A stretch of 62,416 bases of DNA from Rhodospirillales bacterium. Lineage in GTDB: Bacteria; Pseudomonadota; Alphaproteobacteria; Bin95. Under the pieces are notes generated by a model. That model saw only the letters and a program-made list of their open reading frames with translations, was not told where the DNA came from and did no database searches. The translations under genes were made by a program, and so were the position numbers. How positions within the stretch are numbered: position 1 is the first letter of the stretch; each line of letters starts with the position of its first letter. The stretch covers positions 1 through 62,416 of the forward strand of contig JAYQLI010000011.1 in the NCBI GenBank assembly GCA_038143065.1. The letters are read 5' to 3'. Shown here in pieces: positions 11,940 through 24,522 of this stretch.

Positions 11940-12713
11940 GCTACGACACAATTCTGTACCGCGAAGACGGACCGCTTGGTTGGCTGACTCTCAACCGGCC
12001 CCATGATGGAAATATGTTCACAGAAATCATGTGCCATGAAATCCGCGACTGTATAGAGACAGTCCGCCGTGAAACACGCACCCGCGTTCTGATCCTCACC
12101 GGGGCTGGAGATCGTTTTTTTTGCATTGGCGGGCGCAAAGACGGGATGGAGGACAGTAATCTCTACGCAGGGTCTTACCGACCCTTGAAATTTATGAGGC
12201 GATTGATCGACTGCAAAAAGCCTGTGATCGCCGCAGTTAATGGTTTTGCGGTAGGTGGGGAATGTCCTACAGATGGTCTGCGACATTACGATTGCCAAGC
12301 AAAGCGCGATTTTTCGTCAGGTTGGTCCGATGATGGGGTCATTCGATGCTGGCTATGGCACTTGGTATCTTGAGGATCTGGTTGGCAAGAAACGCGCCAA
12401 AGAAATTTGGTACCGCAACATGAAAATTACTGCAGATCACGCAGAGCGCATTGGTTTGATTAACAAGGTTGTGGCGGACGCAGATTTCGAGGCAGCAACC
12501 CGCGCTTATGCTCTTGAAATTACTGACCGGGGCGCCTTTGCGCTGGCCTCGATCAAAGCCGCGTTTAATGCGCGTCACGGCGGGGTGGCTGGTCTGTCCC
12601 GGGTGACCCATGATCTGTTGCTGCGGCCTTATTTGAACACCGAAGAAGCCAAGGAGCTTTCGGCAGCCTTCAAGGATCGCCGCTCTCCGGATGCCAATAC
12701 TTTTGGAAAGTAG
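11936..12713 (+). CDS. Crotonase-family BadI/MenB-like beta-ketoacyl-CoA ring hydrolase (frameshifted)
   Basis: FCIGG, QVGPMMGSFDAGYGTWYLEDLVGKKRAKEIWY resembles the BadI/MenB subfamily signature. Confidence 0.75.
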
Positions 12714-12720
12714 GCGTTGA

Positions 12721-14340
12721 ATGCGAGCGGTTCTTACTCTCCACACCCCAAAGAAGGCCAAGGAATATTACGAAAAAGGTCTTTGGTTGGACGATACGTT
12801 CTATTCTGTTCTAGCAAAGAAAGCGCAGTATCACGGCAAAGTTGCTGCGTTGTCGGACGCCAGGTTAACTTTGACATGGGAAGACCTTCTGATACGCGTA
12901 GATGCATTGGCCGCGCATCTGGAAAAATTGGGTTTGGGATCTGGTGATCGCCTTTCAATCTGGATGTCGGATCGGGCCGAAACGGTGATTGCCTTTTTGG
13001 CTTGTTCTCGGTTAGAACTCGTCTGTAATCCGTCCCTGCATAAAACCTACACCTGCAGAGAAATCGTTGGATTGCTAAAGCAGATGGACACGGCGGCTTT
13101 GATCACCGAAGCCGGATGGGGTGCGGATCGAGCTCAGGTCGATTTTGAGGCCCTTCTAAAAGATCTACCAGGGCTTAAGGCAGTTTTAACACCGGCCAAC
13201 TTCCCAACCAAAGCTCATAAGCCATTGGCTGCGCCTTCTTCAGACCCTGATGCGCTATTTTATCTGGCGTTTACTTCTGGCACAACTGGTGCGCCCAAAT
13301 GTGTCATGCATTCTGCCAATACGCTGCTATCCAATGCTCGTGATTTGGTCCAAACGTGGAAAATCGATCAAGAGACCCGTCTTCTGACGCTGTCGCCGTT
13401 GTCTCATCACATCGGTTGGGTTGCAGTTGGCCAGTGGCTTTTGTCAGGATGCCGCTTGGTTCTTGGGTCGCCACCAACCGGATATACGCCTCTGGATTGG
13501 ATTTTGGAAAACGGGGCCAGTTATGTAATGGGGGTTCCGACGCACGCAATGGATGTATTGGGCGAACAAAAGGCGCGCGGTTTGGATCGTTTGGGACTGG
13601 TTAGCACCTTTTACATGGCGGGAGCACCCATTCCCAAGATTGTTGCCGAAGAATTCGTTAAACAGGGAATCCGCCCGCAAAACGTCTATGGTATGACCGA
13701 AAATTCGTCACATCAGTTTACCCACCCTAGCGACACCATAGATTCATGGATCGAAACATGCGGACGCGGCGGGCCAGGCTACGAGGTGAAAATAGTAAGC
13801 TCTGAAGATGTCAATGTTGATGCAGTCCCCGGTGAGGTAGGACAGATAGTTGGGCGTGGGGCGAATTTAATGCTAGGTTATTTCGCTAATCAAGAAGCCA
13901 CCGAACGTAGCTTTAATCGAGACGGTTGGTTTTTGTCGGGTGATTTGGGTTCTATCGACGCATTGGGCAATCTGCGGATCGTAGGGCGACTGAAGGATCT
14001 GATCATCCGCGGTGGCCACAACATATTTCCAGCGCAAATCGAAGCGTTGGCATTGCGTCACCCTCAGATCAAAAAAGTCGCCGCTTTCCCAATCCCAGAT
14101 GCGCGTTTGGGAGAAAAAGTTTGTTTGGCCATTCAAGGGGACATCGATGCGGAAGATGTGCTTCCTCATCTCGACGAACAGGGATTGTCTAAATACGATA
14201 TGCCGGAGTGGGTCGCTTTTGTGACAAAATTTCCGCTCACCCCATCCGGAAAAATTTTAAAACGAGAATTGATAAACATGCATAAAAGTGGCGCGTTGGT
14301 TCCGCTTGCAGTGCGGTTTGAGCAAAGGAAGGAGGCTTGA
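12721..14340 (+). CDS. Acyl-CoA ligase (AMP-binding; AliA/cyclohexanecarboxylate-CoA-ligase-like)
   Basis: FTSGTTGAPK, YGMTE, GWFLSGDLG, GRLKDLIIRGG, TPSGKILK. Confidence 0.85.
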   Translation: MRAVLTLHTPKKAKEYYEKGLWLDDTFYSVLAKKAQYHGKVAALSDARLTLTWEDLLIRVDALAAHLEKLGLGSGDRLSIWMSDRAETVIAFLACSRLELVCNPSLHKTYTCREIVGLLKQMDTAALITEAGWGADRAQVDFEALLKDLPGLKAVLTPANFPTKAHKPLAAPSSDPDALFYLAFTSGTTGAPKCVMHSANTLLSNARDLVQTWKIDQETRLLTLSPLSHHIGWVAVGQWLLSGCRLVLGSPPTGYTPLDWILENGASYVMGVPTHAMDVLGEQKARGLDRLGLVSTFYMAGAPIPKIVAEEFVKQGIRPQNVYGMTENSSHQFTHPSDTIDSWIETCGRGGPGYEVKIVSSEDVNVDAVPGEVGQIVGRGANLMLGYFANQEATERSFNRDGWFLSGDLGSIDALGNLRIVGRLKDLIIRGGHNIFPAQIEALALRHPQIKKVAAFPIPDARLGEKVCLAIQGDIDAEDVLPHLDEQGLSKYDMPEWVAFVTKFPLTPSGKILKRELINMHKSGALVPLAVRFEQRKEA

Positions 14341-15109
14341 ACATGACAGTGGAACTTAGCCAAGTAGACGAATATGCGCTAATTACATTGAACCGGCCTG
14401 ACAAGATGAACGCGCTTTCCTTTCAGATTATTCGTGACATAGGCGATGCCATAGATGCGGCCCTCAAGACTGACGCACGGGCCCTTTTGTTCACTGGCGC
14501 TGGCGATAAGGCGTTTTGCGCTGGGGCAGACATAAAAGAGCTGAGAAATCGGTCATTCGCGGATCAGAAAGAAGGGGCAGAACTTGGACAAAGGGTGTTC
14601 GCAAAACTTGACTCCGCGCCGATTCCATCTTTAGCGCTTGTTAATGGATATGCATTTGGTGGAGGACTGGAGCTAGCTTTGGCCTGCAGTTTTCGCATCG
14701 CCTCTGTCGACGCAAAAATAGGGCTGCCCGAAATAAAAATTGGACTGATCCCTGGTTATGGCGGCACCCAGCGCCTTCCCCGTGTAATCGGAGAAACAAA
14801 AGCATTGGAGATGATCTCAGTGGTCGCACCATAGATGCGGAAGAAGCATTGCATATCGGTCTCTTAAACGCCATTGCCGATGGTGCGCTTTTGGATAAAG
14901 GCCTGTCCTTTTTACGTCGTATCACCCGGTTCAGCCTTCCATCGCTTCAATTTGCGAGAGAGGCGGTGCGGCGCGGTATGGAAACTAATCTAAACGCAGG
15001 CCTCAAGATTGAAGCAGATCTTTCGACGCTTGCTTACAGCACAGCTGACGCCGAAGAAGGCATGGCTGCATTTGAAGAGAAACGAAAGCCGAGGTTTCGG
15101 GATGTCTGA
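14337..15109 (+). CDS. Enoyl-CoA hydratase (frameshifted)
   Basis: FCAGADIKE, GGGLELAL, PEIKIGLIPGYGGTQRLPR (both catalytic Glu). Confidence 0.9.
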
Positions 15110-15806
15110 GGGACAGATCATCATCACAGGTGCAAGCAAGGGAATTGGTGCGGCTATTGCGATTGAATTGGAAAAGCGCGACTATCGGGTGATTTGCGTG
15201 TCCCGTTCTGGAGAGGCTCCAGCGGGCAAGGGTATGGCCTGCGATATGGGGGATGAGGCCGCTGTCGCCCAGCTTATCTCAGATGTGGGGCGAGATGCCC
15301 CAATCCTGGGTTTGGTCAACAACGCAGGGCTACACATTGGCAGTCCAAGTAATACTTTGAAAAGTGCGCAGTATCAACGGATCATGCAAGTCAACGCCAC
15401 AGCCGTCATGATAGCAAGCCGTGAGGCGTTCCGCTATCTGAAACAAAGCCAGGGAAAAATCGTAAATATCGGCTCATTCTTTGACAAGCTGGGGGTCCCC
15501 AACAATTTGGCTTATTGCGCGTCGAAAGCGGCGATAGCGGCAATGACCCGCTGTTTGGCAGTGGAATGGGCTCCTTATGGGATCACAGCGATTAATATCG
15601 CCCCGGGCTATATCCAAACCGACCTTAACAAAGAGTTTCTGGCTCGTGAAAGCGTGTGCGAATGGCTAGCCGAACGAGTGCCCGTACGCCGTCCCGGTCA
15701 CGCCGCTGAAGTTGCGCGGTTGGTTGGGGCAGTTTTTTCCGAGGACATCGGCTTTTTAACCGGAGAAACAATCTATCTGGACGGCGGACAGGGAATGAAC
15801 CACTGA
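15102..15806 (+). CDS. SDR-family oxidoreductase
   Basis: IITGASKGIG, LVNNAG, YCASKA, NIAPG. Confidence 0.9.
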   Translation: MSEGQIIITGASKGIGAAIAIELEKRDYRVICVSRSGEAPAGKGMACDMGDEAAVAQLISDVGRDAPILGLVNNAGLHIGSPSNTLKSAQYQRIMQVNATAVMIASREAFRYLKQSQGKIVNIGSFFDKLGVPNNLAYCASKAAIAAMTRCLAVEWAPYGITAINIAPGYIQTDLNKEFLARESVCEWLAERVPVRRPGHAAEVARLVGAVFSEDIGFLTGETIYLDGGQGMNH

Positions 15807-16972
15807 TGAATATTTTCGATAAACTTTACGAAAGCGCCGGTTGGAACGAAGAGGAAAGGCTGGTGCTGGATCAGGTCCAGCGGGTCGCAGATCAAGTCAT
15901 CGCCCCTCACGCAGAAGAGGCAGACACGACAGGCGAATTTCCGTGGGTAAATGTTAACGCTTTGAATAAGTTGGGGTTGAATATGCTGTTCATTCCTGAA
16001 CGTTTTGGCGGCGCCCCTATGCGGGTCAGACTGTATCTTGAGGTGGTGAAAATCATCAGTGAAGCCTGTGCTTCTACAGGAATCATCTACGCTACAAATT
16101 ACCACGGTATGAAACCGCTGATAGAATATGGCTCAGAGGCGCAACAAGCTCGGCTACTACCCGCAATTGCTGAAGGTGGTCTGGGGGCATTGGCGATTAC
16201 TGAGCCGACCGCGGGTTCTGACGCCACCGGAATGATGACTCGTTTTACGCTTGATGGGGATGAGATCATCGTCGATGGGACCAAAACCTTTATCACTAAT
16301 GGTGATGTGGCAGATCGAATTCTTCTGTTCGGTAAGTGGTCCGATATTGAAGGCCCAAAAGAGGCGATTTCCGCCTTGATCCTTGAAAAGGGAACCCCGG
16401 GGTTTGATGTTGTCGGAAAAGAGCGAAAAATGGGGCACAGGGCATCTTCGACCTGTATGTTGTCCTTTAGCGGGGCGAGGGTCTCACGGGCAAATTTGAT
16501 TGGAGAGCCCGGTGAAGGGTTACACATCCTTCTGGGGTCATTAAATAAATCAAGGCCTTCGGTGGCAGCCCATGCTCTTGGCATCGCCCGTGCGGCATTT
16601 AAAGATATTTTACACTATACGAATGAACGTCAGCAATCGAGGCGCAAAATCATTGAATTTCAGGGGATTCAATTCGGAATTGCAGATTTGGCTTCGGAAT
16701 TGGCCCTGACAGAAACATGGCTGGATCATGTGGCCAGAATGATTGATACCGGCGCTGAAGACTACAGTACGGAAGCCTCTATCGCTAAGATGCGGGCATC
16801 TGACCTTGCAATGAAAATGACAACCGAAGCCGTACAATATCATGGCGGCTACGGGTATTGTGCGGACTATCGGGCAGAGCGGCTCATGCGGGACGCGAAA
16901 ATCACGCAAATTTGGGAAGGGACTAACCAAGTGCACCGACAATTAATCGGACGGAGTTTCGTCAACAAATGA
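15806..16972 (+). CDS. Acyl-CoA dehydrogenase
   Basis: ALAITEPTAGSDA, GTKTFITNG, RDAKITQIWEGTNQV. Confidence 0.95.
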   Translation: MNIFDKLYESAGWNEEERLVLDQVQRVADQVIAPHAEEADTTGEFPWVNVNALNKLGLNMLFIPERFGGAPMRVRLYLEVVKIISEACASTGIIYATNYHGMKPLIEYGSEAQQARLLPAIAEGGLGALAITEPTAGSDATGMMTRFTLDGDEIIVDGTKTFITNGDVADRILLFGKWSDIEGPKEAISALILEKGTPGFDVVGKERKMGHRASSTCMLSFSGARVSRANLIGEPGEGLHILLGSLNKSRPSVAAHALGIARAAFKDILHYTNERQQSRRKIIEFQGIQFGIADLASELALTETWLDHVARMIDTGAEDYSTEASIAKMRASDLAMKMTTEAVQYHGGYGYCADYRAERLMRDAKITQIWEGTNQVHRQLIGRSFVNK

Positions 16973-17850
16973 GTGAGCAAATCAAAACCGTCGCTGTTTG
17001 CGGCGCAGGTGGCACGATGGGCGCGGGCATTGCGATCGTTGCTGCGCGGGCAGGCTTTCGGACCATCGCTTACGATGTTTCAGGCGTAAGCTTAAAACGG
17101 GCTTTTCAGCAGACCATCGCCTTCTTTGATAAATCGGTTGTACGAGGCAAAATGCGGGCCGAGGAGCGGGCGGCTGCGTTGGCCCGTCTCTCGGGAACCT
17201 CAGATATCGCAGATTTTACAGGGGCGGATCGGGTTATTGAGGCGGTATTTGAAAACCTGCAGTTGAAGCGGGAGCTTTTGGCTACCCTGAATGAGATTTG
17301 CCCAAACCAGACTATATTTGCCTCAAACACTTCGACCCTTTCGATTACCGAGATCGCCTCCGGCTGCGGGCGCGAGGATCGGGTTGTCGGAATGCATTTT
17401 TGTCTGCCTGCACAGATGATGAAACTTATAGAGATATCACCGGGGTTAAACACGTCACCAGAGACTTTCGCCCAAGCCTGGGCCTGGGCAGAGGCTGCTG
17501 GCCAATTACCCGTGGAAACACAAGATAAACCAGGGTTCATTTTGAACGCTTTGCTTGTGCCTTTTAACAATGACGCGATACGTGCCGTTGAGGCCGGTGT
17601 CGCAGGCCCAGCAGATATAGATGCCGCGATCAAAGTAGGTCTGGGGTATAAAATGGGTCCGATCGAATTGCTTGATCTCATTGGGCTCGATACACAACTT
17701 CGCCTATGCGAGGCCTTTTATCCGATCACACTAGATCCGCGTGCGGCCACGCCTCCGTTGCTTCGCCGCATGGTTGCTGCAGGTCACTTGGGTCGTAAAA
17801 GTGGACGTGGGTTCTATAGCTATGACGGCAACGGAATGTACGGAGGCTGA
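16969..17850 (+). CDS. 3-hydroxyacyl-CoA dehydrogenase
   Basis: GAGGTMGAGIA, ASNTSTLSI, GMHF, MGPIELLDLIGLD, GRKSGRGFY. Confidence 0.92.
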   Translation: MSEQIKTVAVCGAGGTMGAGIAIVAARAGFRTIAYDVSGVSLKRAFQQTIAFFDKSVVRGKMRAEERAAALARLSGTSDIADFTGADRVIEAVFENLQLKRELLATLNEICPNQTIFASNTSTLSITEIASGCGREDRVVGMHFCLPAQMMKLIEISPGLNTSPETFAQAWAWAEAAGQLPVETQDKPGFILNALLVPFNNDAIRAVEAGVAGPADIDAAIKVGLGYKMGPIELLDLIGLDTQLRLCEAFYPITLDPRAATPPLLRRMVAAGHLGRKSGRGFYSYDGNGMYGG

Positions 17851-17851
17851 T

Positions 17852-18478
17852 GTGAAGTATCAGATTATTTGTCATGCCCAAAGTAGATCCTTTCCCGAGG
17901 GTGATGCTTTCTACAATGGTCAGATCAACTCAGCAGATGTTGTCGTACATCTTGGGGGCAGGTATCAGCTCGATGCTGAAAAACTAGCGGTTCTTGTCGA
18001 ATTAGACACTGAATGCCTTGGCGTGCACACTGGCGAGCACAACTACAACTCTCCCTCTAATGCCGTTGGGTTTGCGCGGTTTATCAACGGCCAAGGGCTT
18101 ACAAATTTAATCGAGTTGGTTCGGCAACCTGCCACAACAGAAAACGCACTAAAGGCGGCCCGTACGGTGTTTGAAGTACAGGGATTTAAAGTTGTCGTTT
18201 GCGGTGATCAGGCGGGGCGCATTATAGATCGCCTTGTCCGACCAAAGTATAACGACGCGCTTCGGTTTCTGGACGAAGGTCTTGCCAGCGCCGAGGCAAT
18301 TGATATGACCTGCCGATTGGGCCTTTGGATATACGCAAGGCCCAATAGAAGCAGTTTACAAGGCGGGACTGCGCGCCATCATGATGTGAGTCAGGCAATT
18401 TTCTCAGTAACTGGCCGGCCAGGTTATGCCCCAGCGCGCGCTGCGGCTGTTGCCAAAGCGCGAGCGAACAAGAGATGA
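17852..18478 (+). CDS. Stand-alone 3-hydroxyacyl-CoA dehydrogenase C-terminal-like protein
   Basis: DQAGRIIDRLVRPKYNDALRFLDEGLASAEAIDMTCRLGL; no Rossmann GxGxxG motif. Confidence 0.7.
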   Translation: MKYQIICHAQSRSFPEGDAFYNGQINSADVVVHLGGRYQLDAEKLAVLVELDTECLGVHTGEHNYNSPSNAVGFARFINGQGLTNLIELVRQPATTENALKAARTVFEVQGFKVVVCGDQAGRIIDRLVRPKYNDALRFLDEGLASAEAIDMTCRLGLWIYARPNRSSLQGGTARHHDVSQAIFSVTGRPGYAPARAAAVAKARANKR

Positions 18479-19615
18479 TCGAAGGTGCTTTGGGAGGCTA
18501 AAGGTCCTCGATTTCTCTACTTTGCTGCCGGGGCCGATGGCATCATTATTTCTGGCCGAAGCAGGCGCCGACGTCATCAAGGTTGAACGCCCCGACCATG
18601 GCGAAGAGATGAGGATTTATGATCCCAAATGGGGTAGAGACAGTGTGAACTTTGCCATGCTTAATCGTGGGAAAAGAGCATCGCTTTGAACCTCAAGGAC
18701 CCCAAAGCACGGGACAGTCTTAACCCACTGATCAGAGAGGCCGATGTTTTAATAGAACAATTTCGTCCCGGGGTGATGAATCGCTTGGGTTTGGGCTTTG
18801 AAACTGTACAGGACCTCAATCCGAACATCATTTATTGCTCTATATCGGGCTATGGACAAAACGGGCCCAAGGCGGCGCGGGCAGGGCATGATATGAACTA
18901 TATCGGCGATGCTGGGTTGTTAGCGTTAAGTTCGGGGTCGAACGAAAATCCTGTGGTGCCGCCGGCATTAATTGCAGATATTGCTGGTGGTAGCTATCCG
19001 GCTGTATTCAACATCTTATTGGCGCTGATTGCACGCGACGCTGGAAAAGGAGGGGTGCATCTCGACATATCGATGTCTGATAACCTTTTTCCATTTATGT
19101 ATTGGGCAATGGGCGATGGACAAGCCACCGGAAGGTGGCCCGGCAATGCGGACGCTTTGGTCACCGGTGGAAGCCCTCGGTATCGGCTCTACCCGACCGC
19201 GGACGGAAAACTATTGGCTGCCGCACCAATCGAACAAAAATTCTGGGCGACTTTCACAGACGCAATTAGCTTGGCAGATGATTTGCGCCAGGATTCAATC
19301 AATCCGCGAGCTACTACTGAGGCAATCGCAAAGATTATCGCCGCGAGGTCTGCGCAGCATTGGGCCGGAGTTTTTAGAAATGCAGATTGCTGCTGTACTA
19401 TTGTTCAGACCATCCAAGAAGCCATGCAGAGCGAGCATTTTCACGCGCGAGGGCTTTTTGATAGGCGGATAAGCAGCGAAGATGGCGAAGAGATAATTGC
19501 GCTACCTGTTCCCGTGGTCGATGTTCTCCGTAGTGGGGGTGAAACTAGCTCAGGCCCTCAATTGGGAGCAAATAATGCTGAGCTCTTAACAGGTAATCAG
19601 TGTGATGACTTCTAA
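18475..19615 (+). CDS. CaiB/BaiF CoA-transferase / alpha-methylacyl-CoA racemase-like (frameshifted)
   Basis: LKVLDFSTLLPGP, EQFRPGVMNRLGLG, AGHDMNY (racemase-type HD motif). Confidence 0.85.
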
Positions 19616-21066
19616 TAAGTCGAAAGGACTGTCCATTGGTACCCACATTGGCGTCATTGGCGCTGGCGCCATGGGGGCCGGTATTGCACAGGTTGCGGCA
19701 GCGGCGGGCATCAAGTTTTTTGTATGATGTCTCACAACAGGTCGCTGAGCGGGGCCGGGATAGGATCGAGAAAGTACTTTTGCGTCGAGTCGAACGGGGC
19801 AAATTGAAGGCAATAGATGCGGCTGCGATGATTCAGCGGATTTCTGTCGCCCCAAAAAGTCTGACATGGCTTCAGTCGGCCTTGTGATCGAAGCCATTGT
19901 AGAAGATTTGAATATCAAGCGAGAGGTCTTTGCTCAACTTGAGGCAATCACTCGGCCGGATTGCATTTTGGCCACCAATACGTCTTCGATCTCTATTACC
20001 GCAATTGCATCGACGCTGCGCCGTCCAGAGCGAGTTGTGGGAATGCATTTCTTTAACCCTGCGCCGGTCATGCAATTAGTCGAGATTGTAAAGGGTCTGG
20101 CCACAGATCTCAAAGTTGTTGGGTGCCTGATGCAAACGGCCCGGGATTGGGGGAAAATATCAGTTGAGGTTGCCTCCAATCCGGGATTTATAGTTAACCG
20201 CGTGGCTCGGCCGTATTATGCCGAAGCCCTTAGGTTTGTTGAAGAGCAGCGCACTGATCCAGTGACGCTCGATGCAATCATGACCCAGGGTGGTGGGTTT
20301 CGTATGGGACCCATGGCGTTGATGGATCTGATCGGGAATGACGTGAATTTTTCAGTCACGACTTCGATTTATCACGCTACTTTCCAAGATCCTCGCTATA
20401 GACCTTCATTGTTTCAACAAGAGCTGGTCGCGGCAGGCTGGTTTGGTCGAAAGACAGACCGAGGTTTTTATGACTATCGTAGCGCTGCAGTTGTTCCCGT
20501 GCCAAAAAAACAACAAACTAGCCAGGACGCCCCTCTTTCGGGCTATCAGATTGGAAGTTTTTCAGAAGTTCAGGGTGTTTTCTTCATGCCGTCTGATGGC
20601 CGCAGTGCCGCTAGCGTGTCTCAGGATTTGGGCAAGCCCGTGTTGGTTCATGATCTTTATCCGTCTGGAACAGAATGTAAATGTATTGCCTTTAGTACCT
20701 CACGGGGAGTTTCTGAACTCTTATGTGTAGGTTTTGCCAACAGCGCGGCGCGCGCAGGAATGTGGGCTTTTAGGCTTGGTGATGGTCCCGGTTTACCGCT
20801 GGGCCGCACCTTGGCGATGATTGCTAATGAAGCCTATGACCTGCTGTTGCATGGAACTACCAAGGCCGCTGAAATTGATTTGGCTATGATAAAAGCTATG
20901 AATTATCCTCTGGGACCAATTGCTTGGGCCAAAAAAATCGGGCTGGAGCGGTTGCTGTGTATTCTGGATGCGATTTTTACGGAAACTGGTGATCCTCGTT
21001 ATCGTGCAAGCCTCGGCTTGCGCCATGCTGCGCTTTGCAGCCAAGAAACCGACGGAATGGTGAAAG

Positions 21067-21074
<8 letters not shown>
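19605..21074 (+). CDS. paaH: PaaH-like 3-hydroxyacyl-CoA dehydrogenase (frameshifted)
   Basis: GVIGAGAMGAGIAQVAA, ATNTSSISI, GMHFFNPAPVM, duplicated C-terminal domain (NYPLGP). Confidence 0.8.
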
Positions 21075-22285
<1,211 letters not shown>

Positions 22286-22319
22286 TGAAGATTGCGTTTT
22301 GGTGGTTAACCCTGAACAA

Positions 22320-22734
22320 GGCTATATCAGAACAAACCTACTTGCCGGCTTTGTCAGAATTAACAACTTGCCCGACAGCATCTTGGACTTTAGTTACTGA
22401 TACATTCCCAATCCTGTCTCCTTTCGTTATTTCAAAACCAGTCCAGAGATTATCCAGCTTGCGGTGATGCTGTATGTGAGGTTTCCACAAATACATAGTA
22501 AAAATTTACCCATTGTTTTCATTATATTATTTTTAGAAAAAACTTGAGTTTCAAAATAGGTTTCAAAACGCCCTGGAAATTGAACCTTTTTAAATTTGAT
22601 TGAAATTTATATTTATTGCCGGCGAGGAAAGTTATCAAACTGTCTGCTATTGGTCAAACTCGCTTGTCCCCAAATTCGCAAACAAGGTTAAAAGGCAAAG
22701 GGCAGATGCTTGGACTAATTAGTCTGACAGCACC
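22320..22734 (+). mobile_element. Internally deleted IS6-family remnant (two tandem left ends, transposase 5' fragment, right end)
   Basis: 22347..22490 aligns with 54144..54290 (..FRYFKTSPEIIQLAVMLYVR); 22705..22734 matches the right end at 54932..54961. Confidence 0.75.
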
Positions 22735-22765
22735 GCCACTAAACCCCATAATACATTATGTTGGC

Positions 22766-22797
22766 AAGGCTTCCAAATCGGGAGCCTTTTTTATTTT
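22766..22797 (+). terminator. Rho-independent terminator-like hairpin
   Basis: aaggcttcc-aaatc-gggagcctt followed by a T-run. Confidence 0.55.
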
Positions 22798-22866
22798 CGG
22801 GTTATAAGAATGCTCGTGACGATCGTGTGACGATCTTTTTATCTAGAAAGTGTTCTGCTTTGGTAC

Positions 22867-23526
22867 TCACAAAGCACCCTGCATAAAGCTCAGCATGAAC
22901 TCTGCGAATCTGAGCCTCGTCAGCACCAGCTTTTTTGCTTTGCGCTCAAGAATACTTATTGCTGCGTTCTGTGCCTGACGGACAGATCCTAGATCATCAT
23001 AGGCATTCAGCTCTGCCTGGTCACAGCGCTTTAAAAACTCGCTAAGACCATCTTTGGGTAAGTATGGCAGTTGCCCTACAACAGTGTTCGCCCAGGCAAT
23101 GTATTTAGGCGACGTTCTAACGTCCAATCCTCGGGCGGTGAGTTGGCGATTGCACCTATGTTCGAGGTTTTATCTGCCAGCTTAACAAGGCAGGCCTCTT
23201 TGCTCTTTTTAGCAGCGTTGATGATTTGCAGCTTTTTCCGATATGCTTTGGGCAATGACTTATCGTCTGTAAGCTCAGCAACGATGTCAGCGACATCTTT
23301 GTTGAACAGAGACTCTAGCTCGTCCACTGGAGGTGGGTGGACAGTCTTCCACTGTGTCATGCAGCCAAGCTGCTGCTATGACGATCTCAGAGCCGCTCCA
23401 ACGCTCTACAAGCGCCGCTACTTCTACTAGATGATTGGTATATGGTTCTTTGGCTTTTCCTTTGCGGAATTGCCCTTCATGGCGCACACGCGCAAACCGC
23501 TCAGCGCGGCTGATTAGGTCACTCAT
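22867..23526 (-). CDS. HD-domain small alarmone hydrolase (Mesh1/SpoT-hydrolase-like; frameshifted)
   Basis: HEGQFRKG..EPYTNH, AAWLHDTVED, ELTDDKSL, LVKLADKTSN. Confidence 0.85.
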
Positions 23527-23680
23527 TGACCCTCCTAAATGTTGTTGAAGTTTTTGTGGTTGGTTCTTTCCTCGCCACGAGACAGAAATGGGGTTTCTTT
23601 AGTTGGGTTTCAATAGTGACAATTGAGACCCACAAAAAATTGCGCTGCGTTATTCTGGGGGCGAACCAGCGGAGATCATT

Positions 23681-24300
23681 ATGTCTATCAATCATATGAC
23701 AATTACTAAGGTGCCATGTAGCTCAGACCGGATTTATGATGCAGCGGATTTGCTTAACCATTTTGCTTCTGATCTGGAAAAAAATACTAATGCGATTTTT
23801 TACCACTTTTGCAAAGTTATATCAGGTCAGGACTTTCTGGAGACTTATTATTTTTATCAATGTTTAAGTCTATGGATGATGTTGAAAAGTCTTTCGAACG
23901 AATGGACGACTCTGACCATTTCGCCAAAATACAAAAAATACAAGACTCTGACAGGGTCATAACCGATATCTATAGTTTTCTTGAAATCAATTTTGTTGAG
24001 TTGGCATTAAAAACAACCCTTCTACATTTCTTTGAGTTCTGGATACCTAGAAGGATTAACTGAGGCCGAATTTGTGGATCGGTTAATAATGTTACCTCAG
24101 CATTTTCTGATAGTGGCGCGCTAACTATGAGATTGGCTAAATGTTTAATTGGGGCAAGGCCGGATACTTATTTGTTTGGCGTCACTTTCAACTCGTTATC
24201 ATGCTTAAATGAAAATGCATCTGCACTCGCACAAAACTCTGAGTATCAAGAGCTAAGTAGACATTTCCTAGGTCAAAATAAACCCTACTTAAGTTTTTAG
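23681..24300 (+). CDS. Hypothetical protein (~200 aa across frameshifts)
   Basis: RBS ggag before ATG 23681; coding-like sequence continues across frames to a stop near 24300. Confidence 0.5.
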
Positions 24301-24309
24301 GCTAACCCC

Positions 24310-24507
24310 ATGCGCACACTCCCTAATAGCACTCTTGATGACACTCACGACGCAGGCGGGAGCTGAAGGCCATAAATTGAAAAAATGACCTGCCAAATGA
24401 CTGGAGAAATGAAATTCGGCGCATGTGGTCGGAGCGGCGAGGTTGAATTGGTGTTTTATTTCCACAATGCTGTAGATGTAGAATTGAGTGAAGAAGTAAG
24501 ATGTTGA
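24310..24507 (+). CDS. Small putatively secreted protein (frameshifted)
   Basis: Removing one C gives the signal peptide MRTLLIALLMTLTTQAGA. Confidence 0.35.
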
Positions 24508-24522
24508 AGGAATAAAGCGCTT

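Noticed and set aside
11936-14340. Menaquinone genes menB/menE
   Set aside because: No other men genes; context is catabolic beta-oxidation
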